The translations under genes were made by a program, and so were the position numbers. DNA of 63,558 nt, filler included, from Collodictyon triciliatum (lineage: Eukaryota): assembly GCA_043381765.1 (NCBI GenBank). It is 5 parts of 5 records of this genome, joined end to end, with 100 filler letters (N's around TTAATTAATTAA, not from the genome) between each part and the next. Parts side by side here need not be neighbours in the genome. Positions count along the whole stretch, not along the records: positions 46,024 to 54,808 come from JBHJMP010000992.1; positions 54,909 to 60,826 come from JBHJMP010000993.1; positions 60,927 to 63,558 come from JBHJMP010001037.1; 2 more parts are not named here. One strand, written 5' to 3'. Below the pieces are notes generated by a model. It made no database searches and had not been told where the DNA came from. It saw only the letters and a list, made by a program, of their open reading frames with translations. Shown one piece after another: positions 49,001 to 63,558 of the stretch; the stretch's first letter is position 1, and every line of letters begins with the position of its first letter.

Positions 49001-49706
49001 AAAACTATTTTGATCTATACTGTGTGAAAATATAGCGTTTTAAAGCATGAAAAAAATTATTTGATCATGAAAAGAAAAGACCATTCAATTAACTAAAGTT
49101 ACTTATTGATGTGAAACAGTAATTCATTCTCTCTCAAATATTTGCTTGGTATTTCCAACTCATGTATTCTCTAAGATAATGAGCAATACATCCTATAATC
49201 ATATAAAATACTCCAACTATACATTGAGTCAGAAAATCATAACCGATTTTAGTCAGATAAATACTATCGTATTAAAATCCAGACTCGCCCAAACGGGTAT
49301 AGGTTTTCCTCAATAATAAACAATATAAAATTAAAGGGTTCATATCTTGAATCGATAAGGAGATAACAAAGGATTCATCTATCACAATATTTAACTTAAG
49401 ATCATTCAATCGAATAGAGGATAATCTGAAATGGTGACTCTCGCTCCGACAAATAGATTGATCTTCTTGATACACAGGCAGTGCTTTGATGAGTAAATGG
49501 TCATTGGACCTGTAAGTCCAATCTTTTTTTATGTATTAAATGAGAGTAAAGAAGGTTCTAAAAATCCAAAAATAGGAAGGTAGAAATTCAATCAATTCAT
49601 CCAATTAAAAAAAGAGAAAAAAACAAAATACCCCTCCCAGTTTGGTTCGCTTGAAGAACAGAGCAAAAACCCATAGTATTTTCCATATAGCAGTTACAAT
49701 GTCCAT
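46070..49706 (-). pseudogene. Deletion-ridden inverted copy of the Kelch-CUB gene (probably a sequencing-error duplicate rather than a real pseudogene)
   Basis: Reverse complement of 56462-60706 with many 1-3 nt deletions that break exon frames. Confidence 0.7.
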
Positions 49707-50634
49707 TTCTGTTGTTTGCGATTAATCAAGAACTATTTTTTTTTGGTTTTATCTAAATATTTTATCAGATACGAAGAAAATAATGCTTTGTCTCTAGGAT
49801 AGAAATGAATATGAAAGAGAAGAAAATCTTTTATGGAGAGTGATTGTTTTTTAGTTTTAGGAAAAGAAAGAAGGTAAAAATATGCAGTTTTTTTCTCATA
49901 CAGAATATGGACGCTATTGTTAAAATAAAAAAAAGTAAAAAACATCACATTTAATTTGGTTTCTTTCAACATTCTGGAGAAGAGACTAAGAGGTAGGTGA
50001 AATAACATCACATTATAGGTTCTTTTTTATTGTACATTATAAATTAAAATAATGGATTAATGTCCAAATTTAAAGGATATGATGGTAATCATGGGGTTTA
50101 ATCTATCAAGCTCCTGCATATAAATAATTACAAATTCAAAAATAGTATTTCATTCAATTAAAAAAACTAACGATTTCTACATAAAATATTGTGGTCTAGA
50201 TCTTATCATGTATCGTTTTGTAGTCATCTTGTTTCGTTTATAAAGTGTGCTTTCTTCAGTCTCAAAATACTGGTAGTGCTCTTTTGAATCGATTATTGTC
50301 CGTTTTATAATACACTTTAGAAATGTTCTGTCCTATGATATATGTATGATAAAAAATAACGACTGTCCGTTACATTATTTACATCTCACAGTCAATGTCG
50401 AAAAAGTCACAAAAATCGACAGAAAATGACAGAATGACATTTATTAGATTCGATGTCGTTAGGAATCTCAAAAAAGCAACTGTTCGTAAAAATCCATTCT
50501 TTTAAAAATCATCTTTTTTATGGTTTTTTGATGAAGAGAAAAAAATTCATTCCATCGTTACTTTTAAACTTTAGTCAACACGATGTCTCACTTAAATTTT
50601 TTTAGGGGTTTATTTCCTTTTGAATAAGAACATC

Positions 50635-50835
50635 ACGCAGTGTATCTAACCCTGATACCTGCGCAAACAATCACCGTAGGATCTCCTGCCGGAAGAGCTC
50701 GTATCACTGACGTCTTCGAGTTGTCAATCTCCACAGCAAGTATTCTCTTACTTGATTGCTCTCTACCATGCACAAGTATCTGGCCCCCTTTGTATGGCAT
50801 AACCTCGCTACCCTTTGAATTAAATAAAGGAAAAA
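50635..50835 (+). mobile_element. 5'-truncated retroelement copy (left-arm image of 55216-55439)
   Basis: Ends ...ataacctcgctaccctttgaattaaataaaggaaaa; aligns with 41130-41330. Confidence 0.7.
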
Positions 50836-51051
50836 GATATCTCCTCTTTGAATATTCCAATAAGAAAAATATCTCACAAATAAGCCAATCTCGTATGATA
50901 AGTTAATTAGGGTTTTTTTATTCTTCCTTTCAATTTGTGCGGATGTGAAGATGTTGTGGGTCGCTACCACGTTTGCTGGACGCTACTTGGTTGTCGGGTG
51001 GCAGAGAAGTAGTCGGTAACCAGGAATTGCATCCTAATACTCACAGTGCAT

Positions 51052-51126
51052 GGCCCCGCCGGCCGGCATTAGTAAATTGGGATGAACCGTCCATCCCGCT
51101 CCAAATTTTTGACCGGCCGGCAGGGC
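51052..51126. repeat. GC-rich ~75-nt hairpin (GCCCCGCCGGCCGGCA...GACCGGCCGGCAGGGC, inner GGGATG/CATCCC); mirrored at ~54919-54993
   Basis: 16-bp inverted arms with about 2 mismatches. Confidence 0.7.
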
Positions 51127-51354
51127 TTAGTTCATCCTAAGCATTTTTTAATATATTCAAAGAATAAGCAGTCAAATTAATATTGCCATATTGATATTTT
51201 CTTTCCTATTTCAGATGAACCTGGTTTCCAATGGTAGAACTATAATGTCACATTATAGACTGCAGCACCTTCTGAAGGTTTTTCCATGTATTTGATCATA
51301 TTTTATAAATTAATATTTACATTTTGATTGATTTGATTTGTTTTTTTTCTTGTC

Positions 51355-51502
51355 TTGTATTGTTTTGTATTGTTTTGTTTTGTATTGTTTTGTTTTGTTT
51401 TGTTTTGTTTTGTTTTGTTTTGTTTTGTTTTGTTTTGTTTTGTTTTGTTTTGTTTTGTTTTGTTTTGTTTTGTTTTGTTTTGTTTTGTTTTGTTTTGTTT
51501 TG

Positions 51503-51530
<28 letters not shown>
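51355..51530 (+). repeat. (TTTTG)n microsatellite followed by degenerate T-rich sequence
   Basis: Visible repeat. Confidence 0.95.
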
Positions 51531-51533
<3 letters not shown>

Positions 51534-54500
51534 TTGTTTTTTTTTGTTTTTTGTTTTGTTTTGTTGTTTTTTTTTGTTTTGTTTTTTTGTTTTTTTGTTT
51601 TTTGTTTTGTTTTTTTGTTGTGTTTTGTTTGTTATTGTTTTGGTTTTGTGTTGTTTGTTTGGTTTTGTTTTGTTCTGTTGTCTTTTCTTTTCTTATTCAA
51701 ATAGTACTTTATTTGTTTTCCAAAACAAAAACCCATTTCTTTCTTTTAACGCACCATTTTGACTTTTGTTTTGCGCTTTTTTCTCATTTTCTTATATTTT
51801 AATTCTATCGTATTCTTGCTCTTTGTATCATTTGTTCATGTTCTTTAATTAAAATCTTTAATTTAATATGTCGCTTTCTCCTACTCCTCGTCTCCTTGAG
51901 AATGTGATTCTGCGTGAAGCTTGTCGGTCTCGGCGCTCGTTGCTTCGTTTTCATTGTCGTTTGTTTCTCGCCAATTTCCATTTCTCACCTCACCTGCACT
52001 CTTTCTCATTTCTGTTTTCTGGTTTCTTGTGCCCTTCAATTTGCACTTTTTCTTTTAAACGCATATTTTCTTTTGGTTCTTTTCCAACGATAAGAAAAGC
52101 AAACCGAGGAAACCGCCCTTTGCTAGGATATAGCTGTGGACAAAACTGGAATACGACGGATTGTGGTGGGGGAGGGGGTGGAAAAAAAAGAAGAAAAAAG
52201 AAAAGAAAAAAGAAAAAAAAAAAGGAAAAAAGAAAAGAAACAGGAAAGAAAAAAAAAAGAAAAAGAGAGAGAAAGTGATGATTGTCAGTTTATTTTTTCC
52301 TTTCGTTTTTAATTATCATTTTACCGTTTATCGTGTTTCTGTTTCTCGACGTTTCTCGTCGTGTTGTTTCCGCTCGTTTCGTTGTTTCTCGATTGTTTCC
52401 GTATTGTTTCTGTTTCTCGTTTCTTTATTTCCTGTCGCTCGTTCTTCGTTTCGGGCGTTTGTTCCGTTTTTCGCTCTTCTTGCTCGTTCTTTGGCGTTTC
52501 CGGTTCTCGTTTCTCGTTTCTCGGTTCTCTTTCTCGTTCTCGCCTGTTTCTCGTTCTTTTCGCTCGTTTTCGTTCTCGTTTCCTGTTTCTCTATGTTTCT
52601 TGTTTTTCTGTTTCGTGCGTATTTCGTAATTTTCGTTTTCGTGCGGCGGGTGTTCGGGTTTGTTTCATTTCTTAACTCCTCATGGTTTTCGTGTTTCTTG
52701 TTTCTTGTTTCTTGTTTTTGTATTTTTATCTCACCCTACTCATCCGTTTTTTTCTTTGTGTGTTCGGTTATCATTTTATTTACGGTGGGCATAACCTGTT
52801 TTTAGGTTTGTTTTTCTTTCCTTGCTTTTTCTTGCCTTATCTCTTCTTACGGGGCAGCTTTTCTTGGTTTTGCCCTTGTCCTTTTGCATGGCTTTTACAT
52901 AATGTTTCTTCTCCCTTTCTTTTTTCATCACCTCATCCGCTGGTAAATTTTTCCACTTCCGACACCCCACGGACGCTGGGGGCTTACCTATCGGAGTCAC
53001 AGGCCGCTAGCCAGCCTCGCTCCGAACCGCCCAGCCTCGCCCCCGCCGCGGTCCAGTTCCGTCGCCCGTTCGCCTCTCCCTCGCTCCGCGGCCCGTTCAC
53101 TCCGCTCCTCCGCCCCCCTGCGTCCGTTGGGTTTCGCTTCCCTTGCCGCTTTCCCTGCGGCTGAGGTGTTTTCCCGTGCCTGCCTCCTGCCCGTTGTGTC
53201 TCCGTGCTCGCTTCACGTGCCGTTCCACGCGCTGCCCCGTCCGCTGTCTTCGCCGTATGCAAGCGTCGTACCTGTTACTGTTCTGCCCTGTCGTGCTCGT
53301 ATGCGTAAGCGTCTGCGTAATGCTGTCGGATGCCGTACGGTGTCTGACCTGCTGCCGCCCCTGGCCTGCCCCTCGGCCCTCCCAGTTATGCTGCACATGC
53401 CCGATCTCCCGCTCGCTGCAACGTACTGCGCATCCTGCGCCCACAGAGTAACATGCGACCTACTCGCTCAGGCACCGAGATCGACCACGTGCCTCACTAC
53501 CGAGAAACATGCGAGTACCTGACAGCGTCCCCGCACCAGCACCGAGCACCGGCCGCCCCCGATCGCGCCCGAAGCGCGCCCGGCCTGACGCCCGCCTCGA
53601 CGATCGTGCGACAGGAAATAAAGACACCGAACGCAACACAATACGGCCCCAATCGAGGTTCACCGGGCGAGCGGTCAGCACGACGCGCGCGTCCTGCAAC
53701 GTACCCCGCTCTACGGCCCTGATAGGTCCGACGAAACGAAAAAATCACCTGACTGTCATCACTTTCACTCTCTCGTCCTTTGTTTGTTTTTCCTGTTTCT
53801 TTTCTTTTTTGATTTTTCTATACTTTTTTCTTTTCTTTTTTCTTCTCCTGTCTCCACCCCCTCCCCCAGACATTCCGTCCTTCGAGTTTTGGGATTGGTA
53901 GATAAGCAAAGGGCGGATTGAAGGTGAGCTGATCTTATCGCGACTAGAACCATACGGAGTATGCGGGAAAAAGTGCGTTGTGGGCACAAGTAAGGTAAGC
54001 GAGATCTAGAAAGTGTGCTGTGTGTTCCTTCTGGTTTTGGCGCGAAACAAACGAGATTAGTCTTGCTATGCGCCTGACCGATATGCTTCACGCTTTTCAT
54101 TCTCCGGAGACGAGGAGTATGAGAAAGCGAGTATTGAGTGACATGTAGTCAGAAGAACAACAACAAATGATACAAACAGCGAGGTACGATATAACTGAAA
54201 TCTAAGCCTATGAGATCAAAGAGCAAAACAACAGTCAAAATGGTGCGTTAAAACAAAGCCAAAAACAAATAAAGTGTATTTGAATCTGACACGCACAGAC
54301 AACAGAACAAAACAAAACCAAACAAACAACACATAGGAAAACCAACAAACAAAACACAACAAAACAACAAAACAAACAACAAACAAACAACACAACAAAT
54401 CGCAAGAACAACAGAACGATATATCGAAACGGAAACGAACAAAGAAAACAAAACAAACCCAGTACATTACCGCGCAAGATTTATAGAACAAAAAGAACTT

Positions 54501-55200
54501 AACACAATGAAACAGTACAAATAAGATCAAACAAAAGAAAACAAAAGAAACAAAACAAAAAAAACTAAACAAAACAAAATTATTGCTATAAAACATGTAA
54601 AACAAATACAACACTTGTGAAAAAAACAGTCAAATCAATCTTGTAATGTTAATTTATGATATTGCTCGACTCGCCAGGAGGTGGTGCGTCTATGCGAGAT
54701 GTTACTCCCCACATTGGAAACCGGGTTCATCTGAAATAGGAAAGAAAATATCAATATGGCAATATTAATTTGACTGCTTATTCTTTGAATATATTAAAAA
54801 ATGCTTAGNNNNNNNNNNNNNNNNNNNNNNNNNNNNNNNNNNNNNNNNNNNNTTAATTAATTAANNNNNNNNNNNNNNNNNNNNNNNNNNNNNNNNNNNN
54901 NNNNNNNNGATGAACTAAGCCCTGCCGGCCGGTCAAAAATTTGGAGCGGGATGGACGGTTCATCCCAATTTACTAATGCCGGCCGGCGGGGCCATGCACT
55001 GTGAGTATTAGGATGCAATTCCTGGTTACCGACTACTTCTCTGCCACCCGACAACCAAGTAGCGTCCATGCAAACGTTGGCTAGCGAACCAAAGCCAACA
55101 TCTTCACCATCCTGCACAAAATTGAAAGGAAGAATAAAAAAACCCTAATTAACTTATCATACGAGATTGGCTTATTTGTGAGATATTTTTCTTATTGGAA

Positions 55201-55454
55201 TATTCAAAGAGGAGATATCTTTTTCCTTTATTTAATTCAAAGGGTAGCGAGGTTATGCCATACAAAGGGGGCCAGATACTTGTGCATGGTAGAGAGCAAA
55301 TACAAGTAAGAGAATACATTGCTGTGGAGATTCTACAACTCGAAAGACGTCAGTGATAGCGAGCTGTCCAGGCAGGAGATCCTAACTGGTTGATTGTTTG
55401 CGCAGGTATCAGGGGTTAGATACACTGCGTGATGTATCTTATTCAAAGAAGAGA
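55201..55454 (-). mobile_element. ~225-nt 5'-truncated retroelement copy with 15-bp TSD
   Basis: tattcaaagaggaga 55201-55215 / tattcaaagaagaga 55440-55454; internal sequence homologous to 41130-41330. Confidence 0.75.
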
Positions 55455-56461
55455 AAATAAACCCACTCACAAATAAATTTAAAGTGAAGACATCAGTGTT
55501 GACTAAAGTTTAAAAGTAACGGACTTGGAATGAATTTTTTCTCTTCATACAAAAAACCATATAAAAAATGAATGAATTTTAAAAGAAATGGAATTTTACT
55601 GAACAGTTGCTTTTTTTGCAGATTTCCTAACGACATCGAATCTAATAAATGTCATTTCTGTCATTTTCTGTCGATTTTTTGTGACATTTTTGACATTTTT
55701 TGACGTGTGAGATGTAAATAATGTAACGGACAGTCGTTATTTTTTATAATACATATATATAAGACAAGAAACATTCTAAAGTGTAAGTTTATAAAACCAG
55801 GACAATAGAATCGATTCAAAAGAGCCAATCTACCAGTATTTTGAGACTGAAAGAAAGCACACTTTTAATAAAAACGAAACAAGATGACTAACAAAACAAT
55901 ACATTGATAAGAATCTAGAAAACCAGCAATTATTATTATGATAGAAATCGTTAGTTTTTTTAAATTGAATGAAATACATATTTTTGAATTTGTAATTATT
56001 TATATGCAGGAGCTACTGATAGAATTATAACCCCATGATTAATCCATTTTCATATCCTTTTTATAATTTGGACATTAATCCATATTTTAATTTATAATGT
56101 ACAATAAAAAAAAAGAAAACCTAATAATGTGATGTTATTTACACCCTAACCTCTTGTTTTCTCTCCATGAACTGTTGAAAAGAAACCAAAATTAAATGTG
56201 ATGTTATTTTACCTTTTTTTTAATTTTAACAAATAGCGTCCAATATTCTGTATGAGAAAAAAACTGCATATTTTTACCTTCTTTCTTTTCCTAAAACTAA
56301 AAAAAAACAATCCAAACTCTCCATAAAAGAGTTTCTGTCTCTTTCATATTCATTTCTATCCTAGAGACAAAAGCATTATTTTCTGCTTCGTATTCTTTGA
56401 ATAAAATATTTAGATAAAACCAAAAAAAAATAGTCTTGATTTTTAATCGCAAACAACAGAA

Positions 56462-60826
<4,365 letters not shown>

Positions 60827-61079
60827 NNNNNNNNNNNNNNNNNNNNNNNNNNNNNNNNNNNNNNNNNNNNTTAATTAATTAANNNNNNNNNNNNNNNNNN
60901 NNNNNNNNNNNNNNNNNNNNNNNNNNGTGGGGTGAAACATACGTGAAGGGGGGGGGGGGGGGGGGGGGGGGGTGGGGGGGGGAATCATCTTATTGGACTT
61001 TGTCGATTTTCTAACCAACATTTGCATTTAAGCCTTATATCAAAGATTCATCAAAAAAATGCAGTAATTTATTTTGCAA

Positions 61080-62912
61080 AATGTTATTATTCACCTTCAC
61101 AAGTGAACTTGTTGAACTCTAAAGATATTGAACGAATGATGGAGTTTTGGCTAGACAATAGAGAGGATAACGCAGCGGCAGAACCGCTTTTCAAGCCGTT
61201 CAAACGTAAATCGAGGTTTGTAATCGATTTACTATGTCTGTATTAATTTAATTTAATTTAATTTAATTTAATTGATATTATATTTAATTATTATTGTAAT
61301 ATTAGCAATTAAGGCATCAATAAATTTATCTCTCGACACACTCAATGTCGAAAAGGAAATTTCAAAGATATACCGGAAAACAGTATTATAATATTTTAAA
61401 GATGAAGAGAACCTGATGGCACGAATCACAGGAGGCAGGTTTGTATCACCCAAGAAATTACCATCTAATACAAGGGATTGTAGGGTAAAGCACTGAGGTA
61501 TGTTTGAAACCAACACATTGACAGCTTCCTCCTTCAATCCACTCCTGTTTGGATATCAAGATATATGAATCCTTTTTTTTAAAAAAAAAACTACAAGAAA
61601 ACAATCAATATGCATGATGAAATGTTGGTAATGGTTGTGTGACGTGGTCAAAGGAAAGTGATAATCAGGAATTAATCCGAAAATGAAAAACCTTCGACTG
61701 CTCATCGAGGATGCTCCAGTGACAGTAAAATCTAGAACAATTAGTTTGTGGTTTGTTTCCCTAAGATACAAATTTTCTTTAAAATAACACTTCTTTACAA
61801 AGTCTTCAATAAGAATAAAATGTTAAAGAAGGAATTGTATGGAAAATAAATGACCTCCGTAAAAGTGCTGCGATAGGGCCAAGTGTCTCGATTTTAACCC
61901 GTTTTCCATTAAGTTTGATTCCACTGAAATCTTTACCAACTCTCACCGCCTTAAATTTTTAGTATATTAGCCAGGGTACATTATATGCAAACTGGTTGGG
62001 TCATGAAAATAAATTTACTTGTTTTCTGTGAGGCAATATACATGGTTGCATGAAATATTTTCCTGGACAGCTCATTTCAATATCTGGATGGAATAATTTT
62101 CACATAAAGTTGGGCATAAGTCCGATATGAGATCTTAACCTGAGCCAGCTGATCTCCGTCTTGAAATTCCATCATCACTGCCCCAGCTACGACTGGATTA
62201 GGGGGATGGAAACTTGGGATTTCGATTAAGATTTGCTGTATTGATGGCTCCAGAGACACTTGTGCGATGTCCATCATTTCAAGAGTCTTGTATAGTACAT
62301 CGTCGCTGACTGCAGCACCTTTTAATGACCATAGAAATACAAGGTTCAAATATATATTTTTTGGAAGTGCTACATAGTTTCGAAGAAGAATGTGGCTTTG
62401 CATCCATGATGGAGGTACTATGAGATAATAAACTAAAAAGATAATTAATTAACCAGAACGCCCAAAAGCCTCCAAAAATATTTCTCGCTAAACTTAATAC
62501 AACAAAAAAAAATCTGTTGTTGTTGGAGTTGAGATTCTTAAAATCTACAATTTATCGATCTCTAATTATTGGCAGGAATTGAAGTCTAACAAGTTTTCCA
62601 CTCTTATTTTTTCCAAATCATTACCGAGGAAGCATATCTTCGAACATTAACCAATTAATGTTCAAAATATGGGTAACGTCTCATTTTCTTTCATTTTGTG
62701 CGACTTCTCGAGATTACAAAGAATAGAAAGAAAAAATTGGCCTCTTTAGAAGTAGAAAACTTTCCCCTGCATGATGAAATAAAAAAAAAAAAAAGAGTAC
62801 CAACGTCCAGACATAAATGTTTACCGGCTCGATTTCGTGACTCTTTCACTTTGATTGGCTCAATTGACATGGTTGCTGGTCGAACACGGTAACGCGAAGC
62901 GCCTGCGCCCAT
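61080..62912 (-). CDS. Leucine-rich-repeat (RNI-like) protein with MG start, multi-exon, 3' truncated by a gap
   Basis: MGAGASRYRVRP start exon ending at a GT donor; FTLQSLVLDGNFLGDTNLPPVIRAIRFSSSLK LRR-RI-like unit. Confidence 0.6.
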
Positions 62913-63558
62913 GGGATGACGTTTCTTATTCCCTGTCTCTGAATTAATTAATTAATCCATCGACTTGACCAAAGGAACGAGTGAGAAAATGAAAAGAAAA
63001 AAAAAGGGGGGACGATAAATTCAAAGGAAAGCGCGGTGCGGCTAAGAAAGGGAGAAGAGACTCCTGCACCCTGGCACTTTGCCCAAAGAAACAGCCGAGA
63101 TTGAAGGTCTTGGAGAGGTTACGGGGCAAAGGAATAGTAAGTTGACTCTGCCACTCAGTTGACGGTGGGTAATCAAAGTAGGGTGGCTGTGGAAACCCCC
63201 AGACTCGGTGGCCTGCGCTGCAATTGCGAGGCTCTGGGCAAAGTTTCCAACAAAAAGCTTCCGTCGAATCTGCCTTGGTTTGTCCAATTTCTGATTTCAG
63301 CTGATAAAGCCATGGGTAGTCAACCGGCACCAAATGTGGAATCGATCGAGTAGCCCGCCCTGCCAACCGCTGCGCCGGATCTCTGTCTCCCTTTTTTGAT
63401 TTGAATCACAAGGGTGCCAACCATACAAGGGGCGAAGAAGAATAAAAAGAACAAATTCGCAGACACGGCCGTGGTGAAGCTTCTTTGTCACAAGAACCAG
63501 CTCCCTGCAAAGTTTACGGTCATGGGCAAAAAGTGTCCAAAGCGCATCCTCAAAGAGC

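Noticed and set aside
52161-53901. F/V/S-rich and R/A/P-rich ORFs at the palindrome core
   Set aside because: The two mirror arms disagree heavily, so the sequence is unreliable, and no domain is recognisable
60947-60982. Poly-G run as a G-quadruplex element
   Set aside because: At a contig edge next to Ns; likely a sequencing artefact

Overview
Draft-assembly window from an intron-rich, AT-rich microbial eukaryote (standard genetic code, mostly GT-AG introns, many microsatellites). It contains N gaps and four artificial N44-TTAATTAATTAA-N44 contig spacers. Gene models read by hand, in order: TM+C2+AGC kinase (-), Rad21 cohesin kleisin (+), RPLP0/uL10 (-), USP deubiquitinase (-), PWWP protein (+), NADPH oxidase (-), RPL7a/eL8 (-), TPR protein (+), polycystin-2/PKD2-like channel (-), BRAP2/ETP1 RING-ZnF-UBP ligase (+, truncated), signal-peptide Kelch-CUB protein (two inverted copies) and an LRR protein (-, truncated). 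Two signals stand out. (1) A dispersed family of ~25-30 nt insertions, consensus CTTTGAATCGAATAAAGG(A)n, each flanked by its own 10-16 bp direct repeat. These match the 3' end of two longer copies (~41000-41340 and ~55216-55439), consistent with extreme 5'-truncated non-LTR retroposition. (2) A ~14.8 kb spacerless palindrome (46024-60826, centre CCGCGG at 53046-53051) with error-ridden arms, most likely a fold-back read/assembly artefact. Exon boundaries were inferred by eye; no database searches were run.
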